A stretch of 58,267 bases of DNA from a virus: positions 1 through 58,267 of IMG/VR virus record IMGVR_UViG_3300036853_000250, one strand, 5' to 3'. Each line of letters opens with the position of its first letter. The stretch's first letter is position 1. Shown here one piece after another: positions 6,227 to 14,282 of the stretch. The position numbers were made by a program, and so were the translations under genes. The notes below the pieces were generated by a model. The model was not told the origin of the DNA, did no database searches, and worked only from the letters and a program-made list of their open reading frames with translations.

Positions 6227-6960
6227 CCGACTACAACCCCACCGAGGCACAGCGGTTGATCGCGGAGGCGCGAGAGGACGATGAGCGAATCGGCGACGAG
6301 TGGCTGGCCAGCGAGCATGGGCCGGGAAATGAAAACTGGTTCGTGTCAGCGAACGAGCACGGCCGCATGACGCATCTGCATCGCCTCACTGCAGAAGGCA
6401 TCGCCCGCACCCGCAACCACCTGCCTGCCCTCGCCGACCAGCTCGAGGCGGCGGGGAGGGAGGTGGAGCGGCTGGACACCGCCGCGGCCATCTCTGACGC
6501 CGGGGCCAGGTGGCACGCCGCGGACAACAAACGCCTCACCATGGAGCGTGACTCCCTGCGCCAGCAACTCGAGGCGGCGCAGGCCGAACTCGCCGACCGC
6601 AATCGCGAACACATAGTCGATCGAGACACCGCCGTGCGCCACGCACGCGCCGATGCAGAGCTGGCACGGCAAGAGCGCGACCTGGCCCAGCAGAGGATTG
6701 CGGAGCTGGAAGCGGAGCGCGAGTGGACTGGCGCCACAACCAAAGCACTCATGGAGTCGCAGGAGCGCCTCGCCATCGAAGTACGTGCATTAACCGCTGC
6801 ACTCCGCGCCATCCTGCCGGTGTACCGGGCGGCAGAGGCGTGGAGCGAGGCGTTCACTGGTACCGCCGCATTCGATGCTCTGGAGTCGGCCGTCGATACC
6901 GCCCGCGCCGCCATCACCCCGGAGATCGCCGCTGTGCTGGCTGGATTGGAGGGTAAGTGA
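6223..6960 (+). CDS. coiled-coil protein (245 aa)
   Basis: ORF 5953..6960 trimmed to the ATG at 6223 (MTDYNPTEAQ...); long heptad-like Glu/Arg/Ala stretches. Confidence 0.65.
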   Translation: MTDYNPTEAQRLIAEAREDDERIGDEWLASEHGPGNENWFVSANEHGRMTHLHRLTAEGIARTRNHLPALADQLEAAGREVERLDTAAAISDAGARWHAADNKRLTMERDSLRQQLEAAQAELADRNREHIVDRDTAVRHARADAELARQERDLAQQRIAELEAEREWTGATTKALMESQERLAIEVRALTAALRAILPVYRAAEAWSEAFTGTAAFDALESAVDTARAAITPEIAAVLAGLEGK

Positions 6961-7115
6961 AGATCAAGGTCACCGTCCGCATCGGCCTGTCCGGCTGCAA
7001 GCGCACGAAGATCATCGAAGTCGCCGACGATGCCGACGACGAAAGGATCGACCAGATCGCAGTCGAGGCAGCCAACGATTCCATCATCGAGATCAGCTGG
7101 GAGCGTGTGCCATGA
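6957..7115 (+). CDS. possible 52-aa protein
   Basis: Below the cut-off; hand translation VKIKVTVRIGLSGCKRTKIIEVADDADDERIDQIAVEAANDSIIEISWERVP; GTGA/ATGA overlaps at both ends. Confidence 0.4.
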   Translation: MKIKVTVRIGLSGCKRTKIIEVADDADDERIDQIAVEAANDSIIEISWERVP

Positions 7116-7411
7116 CCACCGAGCCGCGAACCGTCTCCTGGACCGTCACCGCCACCGTGATGTGCGGCGACCACGAATGCTCGTGGTGCGGCACGCGCAC
7201 GCCGTCACCGCCAGACGACGTCGTCATTGCGTGGGCGCGCAAGCATCCGACCGTGCACTGGCTCTGGCCGAACTCCGACTCGCGCGACGGCTGGCAACCA
7301 GAGGGCTGGGACCACACCCGCGGCGAGTGGCTGTGCCCGCCGTGCGCTGACGAGGCCAACGAAGCGATGAAGGCCGCGCACGCCAAGCGGCGTGCAGAGG
7401 CGAAGCCATGA
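7112..7411 (+). CDS. zinc-ribbon-like protein (99 aa)
   Basis: CGDHECSWCG ... CPPC cysteine pairs; ATG at 7112 inside ORF 6875..7411. Confidence 0.55.
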   Translation: MTTEPRTVSWTVTATVMCGDHECSWCGTRTPSPPDDVVIAWARKHPTVHWLWPNSDSRDGWQPEGWDHTRGEWLCPPCADEANEAMKAAHAKRRAEAKP

Positions 7412-7566
7412 CCCGGCGCCTCCAATCCGTCTCCCTCTCGGTGGCGATGACCCTGTTCACCGTCGAGGATGTCACGCTCGACCACCCGATCCGAGCCGTC
7501 ATCTGCGGCGTGTTCGCGCTGCTCAACATCGCCGCGGCCCTGTGGCCCGTGGACGAGGACTACTAA
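7408..7566 (+). CDS. possible 52-aa hydrophobic protein
   Basis: Below the cut-off; hand translation MTRRLQSVSLSVAMTLFTVEDVTLDHPIRAVICGVFALLNIAAALWPVDEDY. Confidence 0.4.
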   Translation: MTRRLQSVSLSVAMTLFTVEDVTLDHPIRAVICGVFALLNIAAALWPVDEDY

Positions 7567-7952
7567 TGACCGCCACCATCCTCAGCCGAGATCGCGGCGC
7601 CGCGCTGCGCTGCAACTACGACGGTTGCCCCCACGGCATCACGACCGCGCAGATCCAGGCCGGTCTCATCCGCGCCTACGCTGCCTCGGTCGGCTGGATC
7701 CGCGGGCTCGACTCCGGCTCGGGCTCGCCTGACACGGGGGGGCGCCCGGCGAACCGCCGCTGGGACATCTGCCCGGAGCATGCGGTAGTCGAGCGCGAGC
7801 GGGCGAAGCAGCGGAAGCTCGCGGCCGACGAGCGGCGCAAAGAACGGACGAAGCCTCCGACGCCGGAGGTGCTGGCGGCGCGGACGCGGCGGGCCCGGCG
7901 GAAGGCCAACGCGGCGAAGTATGCGGCGCTGGCTCCGCAGGTGTCCGCATGA
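7566..7952 (+). CDS. hypothetical protein with basic C-terminal tail (128 aa)
   Basis: ORF 7392..7952 trimmed to the ATG at 7566. Confidence 0.55.
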   Translation: MTATILSRDRGAALRCNYDGCPHGITTAQIQAGLIRAYAASVGWIRGLDSGSGSPDTGGRPANRRWDICPEHAVVERERAKQRKLAADERRKERTKPPTPEVLAARTRRARRKANAAKYAALAPQVSA

Positions 7953-8215
7953 CCCGCTCACTCCCCGCCTGGGTGCGCGAGGTCGTCGAGCGGCTGGCCC
8001 CCGAGCGCGTGTACCGCAACGGCCTGTGGGCGAACCCGCCGGGGGCGTTGATCGACCGGCTGTATGCGGAGGCAAGGCGTGCGATGCGCGCGCATCGTGC
8101 TCACGTCTGCGCCGGTGATCCAGTACTGGCCATGCAGCCGTACTGGCGCAAGGTCCACGACGAGTTTCACCGGCGGCTGAAGGCGGCGGGCATCTACGTC
8201 GAGGGCGGACTGTGA
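7949..8215 (+). CDS. hypothetical protein (88 aa)
   Basis: ORF track; ATGA overlap. Confidence 0.55.
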   Translation: MTRSLPAWVREVVERLAPERVYRNGLWANPPGALIDRLYAEARRAMRAHRAHVCAGDPVLAMQPYWRKVHDEFHRRLKAAGIYVEGGL

Positions 8216-8415
8216 GCCGGCGACGACGTGGGCGGGTGATGCGGGCGGCTGCCGACGACGGCATCAACGTGCGACTCCGCGACTACGCCAACCTCCGCGC
8301 GCCGGTCACGGCGGTCATCGACGTCTCACATCTGAGCGACGAGGAGCTTGCCGCTCTCGAGCGCGAGAACTGGGCCGCGGTCTGGGCCGATGACGAGACG
8401 GGCGGTGAGGGGTGA
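8212..8415 (+). CDS. hypothetical protein (67 aa)
   Basis: ORF track; GTGA overlap. Confidence 0.5.
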   Translation: MSRRRRGRVMRAAADDGINVRLRDYANLRAPVTAVIDVSHLSDEELAALERENWAAVWADDETGGEG

Positions 8416-8642
8416 GGGCGCTCAACGTATTACCGTCGTTCGTTGGCATCTCATACTCCGTGAGTCCGTGGGTGCCGCTCACCCGCACCGACCCTGACAC
8501 CGGCGAAGTCTCGGACGCGCTGTGCTGGATGATCTGCGGCAATCTGGTGATTCACCCGCTGCGGCTGGCGCAACTGAAACAGGCCATCACGCGGCAAGGC
8601 ATCGAGCTCGCGCGGCGGGCCGATGACGGAGGCGCGCCATGA
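8412..8642 (+). CDS. hypothetical protein (76 aa)
   Basis: ORF track; GTGA overlap. Confidence 0.5.
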   Translation: MRALNVLPSFVGISYSVSPWVPLTRTDPDTGEVSDALCWMICGNLVIHPLRLAQLKQAITRQGIELARRADDGGAP

Positions 8643-8812
8643 CCGCCTCCTCCGCTCCGCGCCCGTATTCCCGCCTCGAGACAGACGACGAGCTGCTCGC
8701 GCGGATCCGCGGTGTGCACGGCAGTCGGTACAGCCAGAGTCCCTACGAGACGGTGGACGCGTTCGCTGACCGGATGCACATGCAGCGCCGGATCGTGTGG
8801 TGCGCGCCGTGA
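8639..8812 (+). CDS. possible 57-aa protein
   Basis: Below the cut-off; hand translation MTASSAPRPYSRLETDDELLARIRGVHGSRYSQSPYETVDAFADRMHMQRRIVWCAP. Confidence 0.4.
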   Translation: MTASSAPRPYSRLETDDELLARIRGVHGSRYSQSPYETVDAFADRMHMQRRIVWCAP

Positions 8813-8997
8813 CCCCGTCCGCCCCCTGCGCCACCTGCGGCGACCTCGTCTGCTTCACCCTGGTCGTCACCGGCCGCGGAGGTGAATCCCAGCTGTGCGT
8901 CCGCTGCTATCTGCCGCCGAAGGCGCTGACGGCCAAGCAGGTCAAGTCGGCCGCCCCGCGGTCGACCGGGCAGCTGGTCATCGGAGGCAAGCGGTGA
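8809..8997 (+). CDS. zinc-ribbon-like protein (62 aa)
   Basis: CATCG ... CVRC; GTG at 8809 overlaps the upstream stop. Confidence 0.45.
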   Translation: MTPSAPCATCGDLVCFTLVVTGRGGESQLCVRCYLPPKALTAKQVKSAAPRSTGQLVIGGKR

Positions 8998-9137
8998 GCG
9001 GCCACGACATCGAGGGCCGGTACGCGATCATGCTGCTCGAGGTCGCCTACCTGTGGCGGCAGATCGAAGGTGCCAGCGAGGCCGAGCTGGCCGAACTGCG
9101 CGAGGCAATCGAAATCGCCAAGGGATGGCGGCGGTGA
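8994..9137 (+). CDS. possible 47-aa protein
   Basis: Frame of ORF 8895..9137 trimmed to the GTG at 8994 (GTGA overlap). Confidence 0.4.
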   Translation: MSGHDIEGRYAIMLLEVAYLWRQIEGASEAELAELREAIEIAKGWRR

Positions 9138-10498
9138 CCTCGCAGCTCATCCTCCGCGACTACCAGCTGGCCGACGTCGACCGGATCCGCGCCGAGTACC
9201 GCGCCGGCCACCGGTCGGTGCTCTACGTCGCGCCGACCGGTAGCGGCAAGACCGCGCTGTCCTCGTACATCCTCCGCGCCGCGGCTGCGCTCGGGAACCG
9301 CGGCCTGTTCGCAGCCGGCCGCACCGAACTGATCGACCAGACCGTGGCCACTCTCGCTACCGCGGGCGTCACCAACGTCCGGGTGATCCAGGCCGAGCGC
9401 GACGAGGGCGACCCAGACGCGCCGGTGATCGTTGGCAGCGTGCAAACGCTCTCGGCGCCGCGCTGGCGCGGTCAGGTCCCGCGCGTGAAGCTGATCGTCC
9501 TCGACGAGGCTCACCACGCTCCGAGCGACCAGTACGGCTCCATCGCCGCGGACCAGCCCGATGCGATGCTGCTGGGCCTCAGTGCAACTCCCGAACGTCA
9601 GGACGGAAAACCGCTCGGCGACCGGTTCACCTCACTCGTGGTCGGCCCCACCGTCCGCCAGCTGACCGACCTCGGAAACCTGGTCCCGTGTCGCGTGTGG
9701 GCTGGACCGATCGACCTGAAACCCGGCCAACTCGCGCTGACGCCGCTCGAGGCATATCAGCGGTTCGCGGCGGGCGAGCGGGCGGCGGTGTTCTGCCGGG
9801 ACCGCAAGCACGCCGCCGCGGAGCTCGAGGTGTTCCAGGCCGCCGGCATCCCCAGCGCGCTGGTCATCGGCACGATGTCGGCTGGCAAGCGGCGGGACAT
9901 CCTGCAGCGCTGGCGCGCTGGCGACATCCACGTGGTGACCAGCGTCGGTGTGCTGACAGAGGGCTTCGACCTGCCCGTCCTCGGCTGCGCCATCCTCGCG
10001 CGCCGGTTCGGCCACGCCGGACTCTACCTCCAGGTCGCTGGCCGCATCCTGCGCACGGCGCCCGGCAAGACCTCAGCGACGCTGGTCGACCTCGCCGGCT
10101 CGGCTCACGAGCACGGGCCGCCGGACCTAGAGCGCGAGTACTCGCTCACTGGCCGGGCGATCTCTGGCGTGCAACGTGAGGCGTTCGGCCAGTGCCGCGA
10201 GTGCGGCTCGATGTTCCGGGCCGGCCCCCGCGCGTGCCCGCATTGCGGCGCGGAGGTCCCGGTGCAAGCGCGGCCGTTGCCGCGGTCCGTCGGCGCTGGG
10301 GTGTCCGAGCTCGCGCCGGCGCGGCCGCGGATCCCGTGGGTCAGCGCGATGCAGGCGCGACGCGAGGGGCACTGCCGGAAGTGCGGCCGCTGGTTCCCCG
10401 CGGGCACGGCCATCTACTTCACCGTCGGACAGCGCGGCTCGGCGCGGCATCAGAAGTGCCCATTGCCGGCGTTGCCCAGCGCGGCGGTCACGCCGTGA
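9125..10498 (+). CDS. SF2 DEAD/DEAH-box DNA helicase with C-terminal zinc ribbons
   Basis: Walker A APTGSGKT, DEAH box VLDEAHH, motif III SATPER, C-terminal CRECG...CPHCG and CRKCG. An alternative GTG start at 9134 overlaps the upstream stop. Confidence 0.85.
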   Translation: MAAVTSQLILRDYQLADVDRIRAEYRAGHRSVLYVAPTGSGKTALSSYILRAAAALGNRGLFAAGRTELIDQTVATLATAGVTNVRVIQAERDEGDPDAPVIVGSVQTLSAPRWRGQVPRVKLIVLDEAHHAPSDQYGSIAADQPDAMLLGLSATPERQDGKPLGDRFTSLVVGPTVRQLTDLGNLVPCRVWAGPIDLKPGQLALTPLEAYQRFAAGERAAVFCRDRKHAAAELEVFQAAGIPSALVIGTMSAGKRRDILQRWRAGDIHVVTSVGVLTEGFDLPVLGCAILARRFGHAGLYLQVAGRILRTAPGKTSATLVDLAGSAHEHGPPDLEREYSLTGRAISGVQREAFGQCRECGSMFRAGPRACPHCGAEVPVQARPLPRSVGAGVSELAPARPRIPWVSAMQARREGHCRKCGRWFPAGTAIYFTVGQRGSARHQKCPLPALPSAAVTP

Positions 10499-11004
10499 GT
10501 CGATCGCCTGGCTGCACGTGCCCGCGCACTCGTCGCGCGTGGGATCCGGTCACCGGTGTCTGCGGCCGCTGCGGCAACCGCATCCGGGAAACCCAGATCA
10601 TGGACGCCGTGCGCGCGGTGCTGATCACCGACCCTCGCTGCATCCTCTGGCGCAACGAGGTCGGTCGCGTGCTGAGCGATCGATTCGTCGATGGCAAACC
10701 GCGCGCGAAGCCGCTGTACCTCGACTACGGCGTATGTAGCCCTGGCGGCTCGGACCTGCTCGGCTGCTACGGCCCGCGGATCCTCGCCGTCGAGTGCAAG
10801 ACAGTGCGCGGCTCGCAATCCGACGAGCAAGTCGACTTCGAGCGCTGGATCACCATGCGCGGCGGCATCTACGTGCTGATCAATTCGGAGCCAGCCGCGA
10901 GCGAGTTGCTCGTGTGGCTGCGGGGCGGCGGGGCGAGCATTCCAGAGCGCTTCAGGGGCGCCGGCCATACACCCTATGACTCCACCACTCAACGCTCTCA
11001 TTGA
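10495..11004 (+). CDS. VRR-NUC family nuclease with N-terminal Cys cluster
   Basis: GGSDLLGCYGPRILAVECK (D...ExK core). The GTG at 10495 overlaps the helicase stop. An alternative ATG lies near 10600. Confidence 0.7.
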   Translation: MSRSPGCTCPRTRRAWDPVTGVCGRCGNRIRETQIMDAVRAVLITDPRCILWRNEVGRVLSDRFVDGKPRAKPLYLDYGVCSPGGSDLLGCYGPRILAVECKTVRGSQSDEQVDFERWITMRGGIYVLINSEPAASELLVWLRGGGASIPERFRGAGHTPYDSTTQRSH

Positions 11005-12766
11005 CGTCCAGCTCGAGCGCCAGCTTGTCGCCGCGCTGATCGCCAATCCCGATCAGCACGCCATCTGCGGCGCACTCGGCGTCTCCGACTTCGGCGACTT
11101 GCACGCACAGCGAGCGTGGCTGTGCCTCGCCAACGTGCTCGCGCGTGGCGAGTGGGTGACGCCCGAGACGCTATCCAACGAGGCGCAGTCTCACTTCGGC
11201 CAGGCCGGCGCCGCCGACACCCTCGACTGGCACGACCTGCAGTGGCTGACCGACCTGATCGCCACGCCGTACCCGGTGCCACACGATATCCCGGTGTGGG
11301 CGTCGCAGGTGCTGGTGCTGGCCGAGACGAGACAGGCCGCGATCCAGGCTGCTGAAAGGCCGCCGGCTCGCACCCCAAAGGGTCCGCGCGCCGAGAACGT
11401 CGAGCCGGTGCGGCTGGCGGAGGCGTTCCGACGGTATGCGTTCGAGCTCGCCGAGATCCCCACGCTGGTCCGCTGGGCGCGCGCGTGGTGGCGCTACGAC
11501 GGCACCCGGTACGTGGAGCACGATGACGAGTTGCTGGATCGAGACGTGATCTCGTTCCTCGATGTCGTCGTCGCTCCGCAGGAGATCCGCGACAAGGACA
11601 CCAAGCAGATCAAGACGACCACGCGGCGGGTCACGCACCGCAAGAAGACTTCGGCCGAGCTGCGGCACGCGCTGCTCCACGTCATGCCGTCGCTCGTCGG
11701 CGGCGCTCCGCAGTGGACCGCCCATGAACCAGGAGACGTCATGCCAGACAACCTCATCCCCGTCGCCAACGGCCTGCTCGACGTAAACAGCCGTACCCTG
11801 CATCCCAGCACGCCGCGATTCTTCTCGACCACGGCCATTGGCACCAGCTGGGACCCCGACGCGCCCGAGCCGGCTGCGTGGCTGGCGTTCCTCGACAGCC
11901 TGTGGCCCGACGATCGCGAGAGCATCCGCGCGCTGCAGCAGGCGTTCGGCTACCTGCTCACCGCGGACACGTCGCAGCAGAAGCTGTTCGCGCTGATCGG
12001 CCCGCCGCGGTCGGGCAAGGGCACCATCGCCCGGATCCTGCGCGGGTTGCTCGGTGATGAGGCGGTGGTCAATCCGACGCTGCAATCGCTCGAGCGGCCG
12101 TTCGGGCTCGCGCCGCTCGTCGGCAAGACGCTGGCGATCATCGGCGACGCCCGACTCGGCGGCAAGAGCGACCAGGCGCAGGTGGTCGAGCGGCTGCTCA
12201 GTATCAGCGGCGAAGACAGCCTCTCCATCGACCGCAAGAACAGGGACCCGGTCAACGTGCGGCTCAAGTGCCGCGTGCTCTTGCTCTCCAACGAGCTGCC
12301 ACGGCTCTACGACACCAGCGGGGCGCTCGCGTCGAGGTTTCTGATCCTGTGCCTGTCCCGCTCGTTCCTCGGCTCTGAGGACACCGGCCTCGAGGGCAAG
12401 CTCCTCGCGGAGCTCCCCGGCATCCTGCGCTGGGCGATGGACGGCCGCGATGACCTCGCGGAGGCGGGCAGGTTCATCACACCGGCCGCGAGCGATGTCG
12501 CCCAGCGGCATCTGAACGCAATCTCGAACCCGCTGGGCGTGTTTCTGGAGGAGTGCTGCGAGATGGGGCCAGGGCACACCGTGTCCGTCACCGACTTCTA
12601 CGCGCGCTACCGCAGCTGGTGCGAGTCCAGCGGGCGCGAGCCGGCCAACAAGCAGGTGTTCTGCCGCGACGTTCACACGCTGCATCCGCACCTCGAAACG
12701 ACCATGCCTCGACGTCCAGACGGCACCAGAATCCGCATCTACCAGGGCATCAGATGCAATCTGTAA
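10976..12766 (+). CDS. Replicative SF3 helicase (D5/P4 primase-helicase C-terminal type) with DnaB-N-like N-terminal domain
   Basis: N-terminus LERQLVAALIANPD...DFGDLHAQRAWLCLANVLARGEWVTPETL resembles the DnaB N-domain. Walker A is GPPRSGKGT. Layout matches the P4-family C-terminal domain. Confidence 0.8.
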   Translation: MTPPLNALIDVQLERQLVAALIANPDQHAICGALGVSDFGDLHAQRAWLCLANVLARGEWVTPETLSNEAQSHFGQAGAADTLDWHDLQWLTDLIATPYPVPHDIPVWASQVLVLAETRQAAIQAAERPPARTPKGPRAENVEPVRLAEAFRRYAFELAEIPTLVRWARAWWRYDGTRYVEHDDELLDRDVISFLDVVVAPQEIRDKDTKQIKTTTRRVTHRKKTSAELRHALLHVMPSLVGGAPQWTAHEPGDVMPDNLIPVANGLLDVNSRTLHPSTPRFFSTTAIGTSWDPDAPEPAAWLAFLDSLWPDDRESIRALQQAFGYLLTADTSQQKLFALIGPPRSGKGTIARILRGLLGDEAVVNPTLQSLERPFGLAPLVGKTLAIIGDARLGGKSDQAQVVERLLSISGEDSLSIDRKNRDPVNVRLKCRVLLLSNELPRLYDTSGALASRFLILCLSRSFLGSEDTGLEGKLLAELPGILRWAMDGRDDLAEAGRFITPAASDVAQRHLNAISNPLGVFLEECCEMGPGHTVSVTDFYARYRSWCESSGREPANKQVFCRDVHTLHPHLETTMPRRPDGTRIRIYQGIRCNL

Positions 12767-12774
12767 TCCAAAAG

Positions 12775-12798
12775 TGGCACGCCCTGGATCGCGATCCA
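12775..12798. repeat. 24-bp direct repeat copy 1: TGGCACGCCCTGGATCGCGATCCA (contains palindrome GGATCGCGATCC)
   Basis: Perfect match to 12864..12887. Confidence 0.95.
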
Positions 12799-12810
12799 GT
12801 CGAGTCAGGT

Positions 12811-12821
12811 ATCGCGATCCA
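12811..12821. repeat. Partial third copy ATCGCGATCCA
   Basis: Matches the 3-prime 11 nt of the 24-mer. Confidence 0.8.
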
Positions 12822-12863
12822 GAATTGCTATCTAACTATTGAATATCTCGTTCTGCGAGTCAC

Positions 12864-12887
12864 TGGCACGCCCTGGATCGCGATCCA
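12864..12887. repeat. 24-bp direct repeat copy 2
   Basis: Perfect match to 12775..12798, offset 89 bp. Confidence 0.95.
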
Positions 12888-12948
12888 CCCCACCCGGCGT
12901 CAGAATTTGGATCTCTCTCTTATATTCTGGGGGGGAAGATCGAGAATA

Positions 12949-12978
12949 CCCCGTGCCACCCCGTGCCAGTGCGTGCCG
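12949..12978. repeat. Tandem 10-bp repeats CCCCGTGCCA CCCCGTGCCA GTGCGTGCCG
   Basis: The core CGTGCCA is the reverse complement of the TGGCACG that starts each 24-mer. Confidence 0.85.
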
Positions 12979-13014
12979 AACCGCATTCAGATTGCACCTA
13001 CACAGGAGTTGCAT

Positions 13015-13548
13015 GTGAGCGACGAGTGCACCACTGTCAGCTTTTCACCACTACTCCATGAGCGCTCCAATGAGCCACAGCAGGACTCAGGCGCGCAGTC
13101 AGCCGACCCGGCCGCGCCGCGCGCGCAGAACGCAAGCCAGACCCCCAAACGTCACGCCTCGCGAGCCGACCTCGGACCGCGGATTCGCCGCCTGACGCGC
13201 AAGCGTGCCGACCTCACTGCGCTGCGAGCCGAGACAGCCGCGCTGGTGACGCCGGAGGTCGCCGCGCAACTGGCGGACCGGCCGCGGACGCGCGGCGATT
13301 GCGCCGATGGGCCCCGGCCGTGCCCTTGGGCGGCGTGTCGGCACCACCTGGCGCTCGACGTAAACCCCGAGACCGGCTCGATGCGCGTCGTGCCGGATCC
13401 CGCCGAGACCTGCTCGCTCGACGTCGCCGACCGCGGCGGCGTGACGCTCGAGGAGATCGGCCAGCTCACGAACCTCACCCGCGAGCGTATCCGGCAGATC
13501 GAGCACCGCGGCTTGCGCTTGCTCAAGCTGCGGATGCCGAGATGGTAG
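13015..13548 (+). CDS. Sigma-70 region-4-like HTH DNA-binding protein (177 aa) with upstream Cys/His cluster
   Basis: C-terminus TLEEIGQLTNLTRERIRQIEHRGLRLLK matches the sigma region 4.2 pattern. Also has CADGPRPCPWAACRHHL. AGGAG lies 6 nt before the GTG at 13015. Confidence 0.7.
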   Translation: MSDECTTVSFSPLLHERSNEPQQDSGAQSADPAAPRAQNASQTPKRHASRADLGPRIRRLTRKRADLTALRAETAALVTPEVAAQLADRPRTRGDCADGPRPCPWAACRHHLALDVNPETGSMRVVPDPAETCSLDVADRGGVTLEEIGQLTNLTRERIRQIEHRGLRLLKLRMPRW

Positions 13549-13566
13549 ATGCAATCGAATTGCATC
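13548..13566. repeat. Inverted repeat GATGCAAT-CGA-ATTGCATC in an A/T-rich spacer
   Basis: 8-bp perfect arms read directly; sits in the 92-nt low-GC gap 13549..13641. Confidence 0.7.
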
Positions 13567-13641
13567 ACCTGCAATCAGGCACTTGAAACGCGGTTGCGTT
13601 TTAACTGTACAACAATACGTCCTAAGTGTAGTAAACACGTA

Positions 13642-14052
13642 GTGGCACGTCCGAATACCGGTCGCTCCGTAGGCCGCCCCAAGGGCAGCCTGACCGGCGC
13701 GCGCGGCGACCTCTCGATGCTCAGCCAGTTGCAGCGCGGTCAGGTCCGCTTCTGGCGGCTGCGCCAGCGTCAGATGCAAAGAAAGCTCGCGGCCCTCGAC
13801 GAGAACGACGAGGTCCCGGCGGCGATGCTCGAGGAAGCGCAGCGCATCGACGCGTTCCTGGCGAAAGCGACGGCCGGTGTGGTGACGATTCGCGAGGCCA
13901 TTGACACCGAGATGACAGCGCTGCCGACGGAGCAACTCGAGGCGCAGCTCGCGGCGGAGTTGGTCGCCGCGTCGAAGACCTGGACGTCGAAGCAATGGCG
14001 GCTGGTGATCTCACAGGCACCCGACGAGGTGCTGGAAGCGAGGATGAGTTGA
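13642..14052 (+). CDS. hypothetical protein, possible small terminase-like DNA-binding protein (136 aa)
   Basis: ORF 13549..14052 trimmed to the GTG at 13642 because the first 31 codons are A/T-rich and atypical. Has a basic GRSVGRPKGSL N-terminus followed by coiled coil. The start is uncertain. Confidence 0.4.
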   Translation: MARPNTGRSVGRPKGSLTGARGDLSMLSQLQRGQVRFWRLRQRQMQRKLAALDENDEVPAAMLEEAQRIDAFLAKATAGVVTIREAIDTEMTALPTEQLEAQLAAELVAASKTWTSKQWRLVISQAPDEVLEARMS

Positions 14053-14282
14053 AGATTTACCGACGAGAGCAACCAGACTACAAGCTGTTCACGGCCGAAG
14101 TTCCCTACGGTGCGCAATGCATGGTCATCGGGCCGCTCGAACGGCTCGACGACGCGATCACGGCGATCGACTGGGACACGAAGACCTTCACCACACTCCG
14201 GACCGAGGGCACGCATCCGTTCCCCGCGCAGTGGTACCGGCCGGAGGACGTCGTGTGGACCGCCGCGCCGAACCGCACATGA
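14049..14282 (+). CDS. hypothetical protein (77 aa)
   Basis: ORF 13995..14282. The TTG at 14049 overlaps the upstream stop (TTGA). An alternative ATG is at 13995. Confidence 0.4.
   Translation: MKIYRREQPDYKLFTAEVPYGAQCMVIGPLERLDDAITAIDWDTKTFTTLRTEGTHPFPAQWYRPEDVVWTAAPNRT

Larger units (their letters stand above)
12767..13014. promoter_or_regulatory. A/T-rich iteron-bearing intergenic region: candidate replication origin or late-operon control region
   Basis: Longest non-coding gap in the right arm, with direct and inverted repeats around A/T-rich tracts (see repeat features). Confidence 0.5.

Noticed and set aside
12775-12870. TGGCACG heptamers as sigma-54 (-24) promoter elements
   Set aside because: The -12 element TTGC(A/T) is absent at the required 4 to 5-nt spacing after each TGGCACG. 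The following sequence is CCCTGGATCG at two sites and TCCGAATACC at 13643.
12787-12941. Cluster of seven GATC sites as a Dam-regulated origin signature
   Set aside because: GATC is common throughout this GC-rich sequence and five of the seven come from the repeated palindrome itself. I cannot show enrichment without counting genome-wide.
13549-13641. ATG at 13549 as the true start of the 167-aa ORF
   Set aside because: The first 31 codons are A/T-rich (MQSNCITCNQALETRLRFNCTTIRPKCSKH), unlike the genome's strong G/C third-position bias, and they contain palindromic DNA. I treated this stretch as intergenic, with low certainty.
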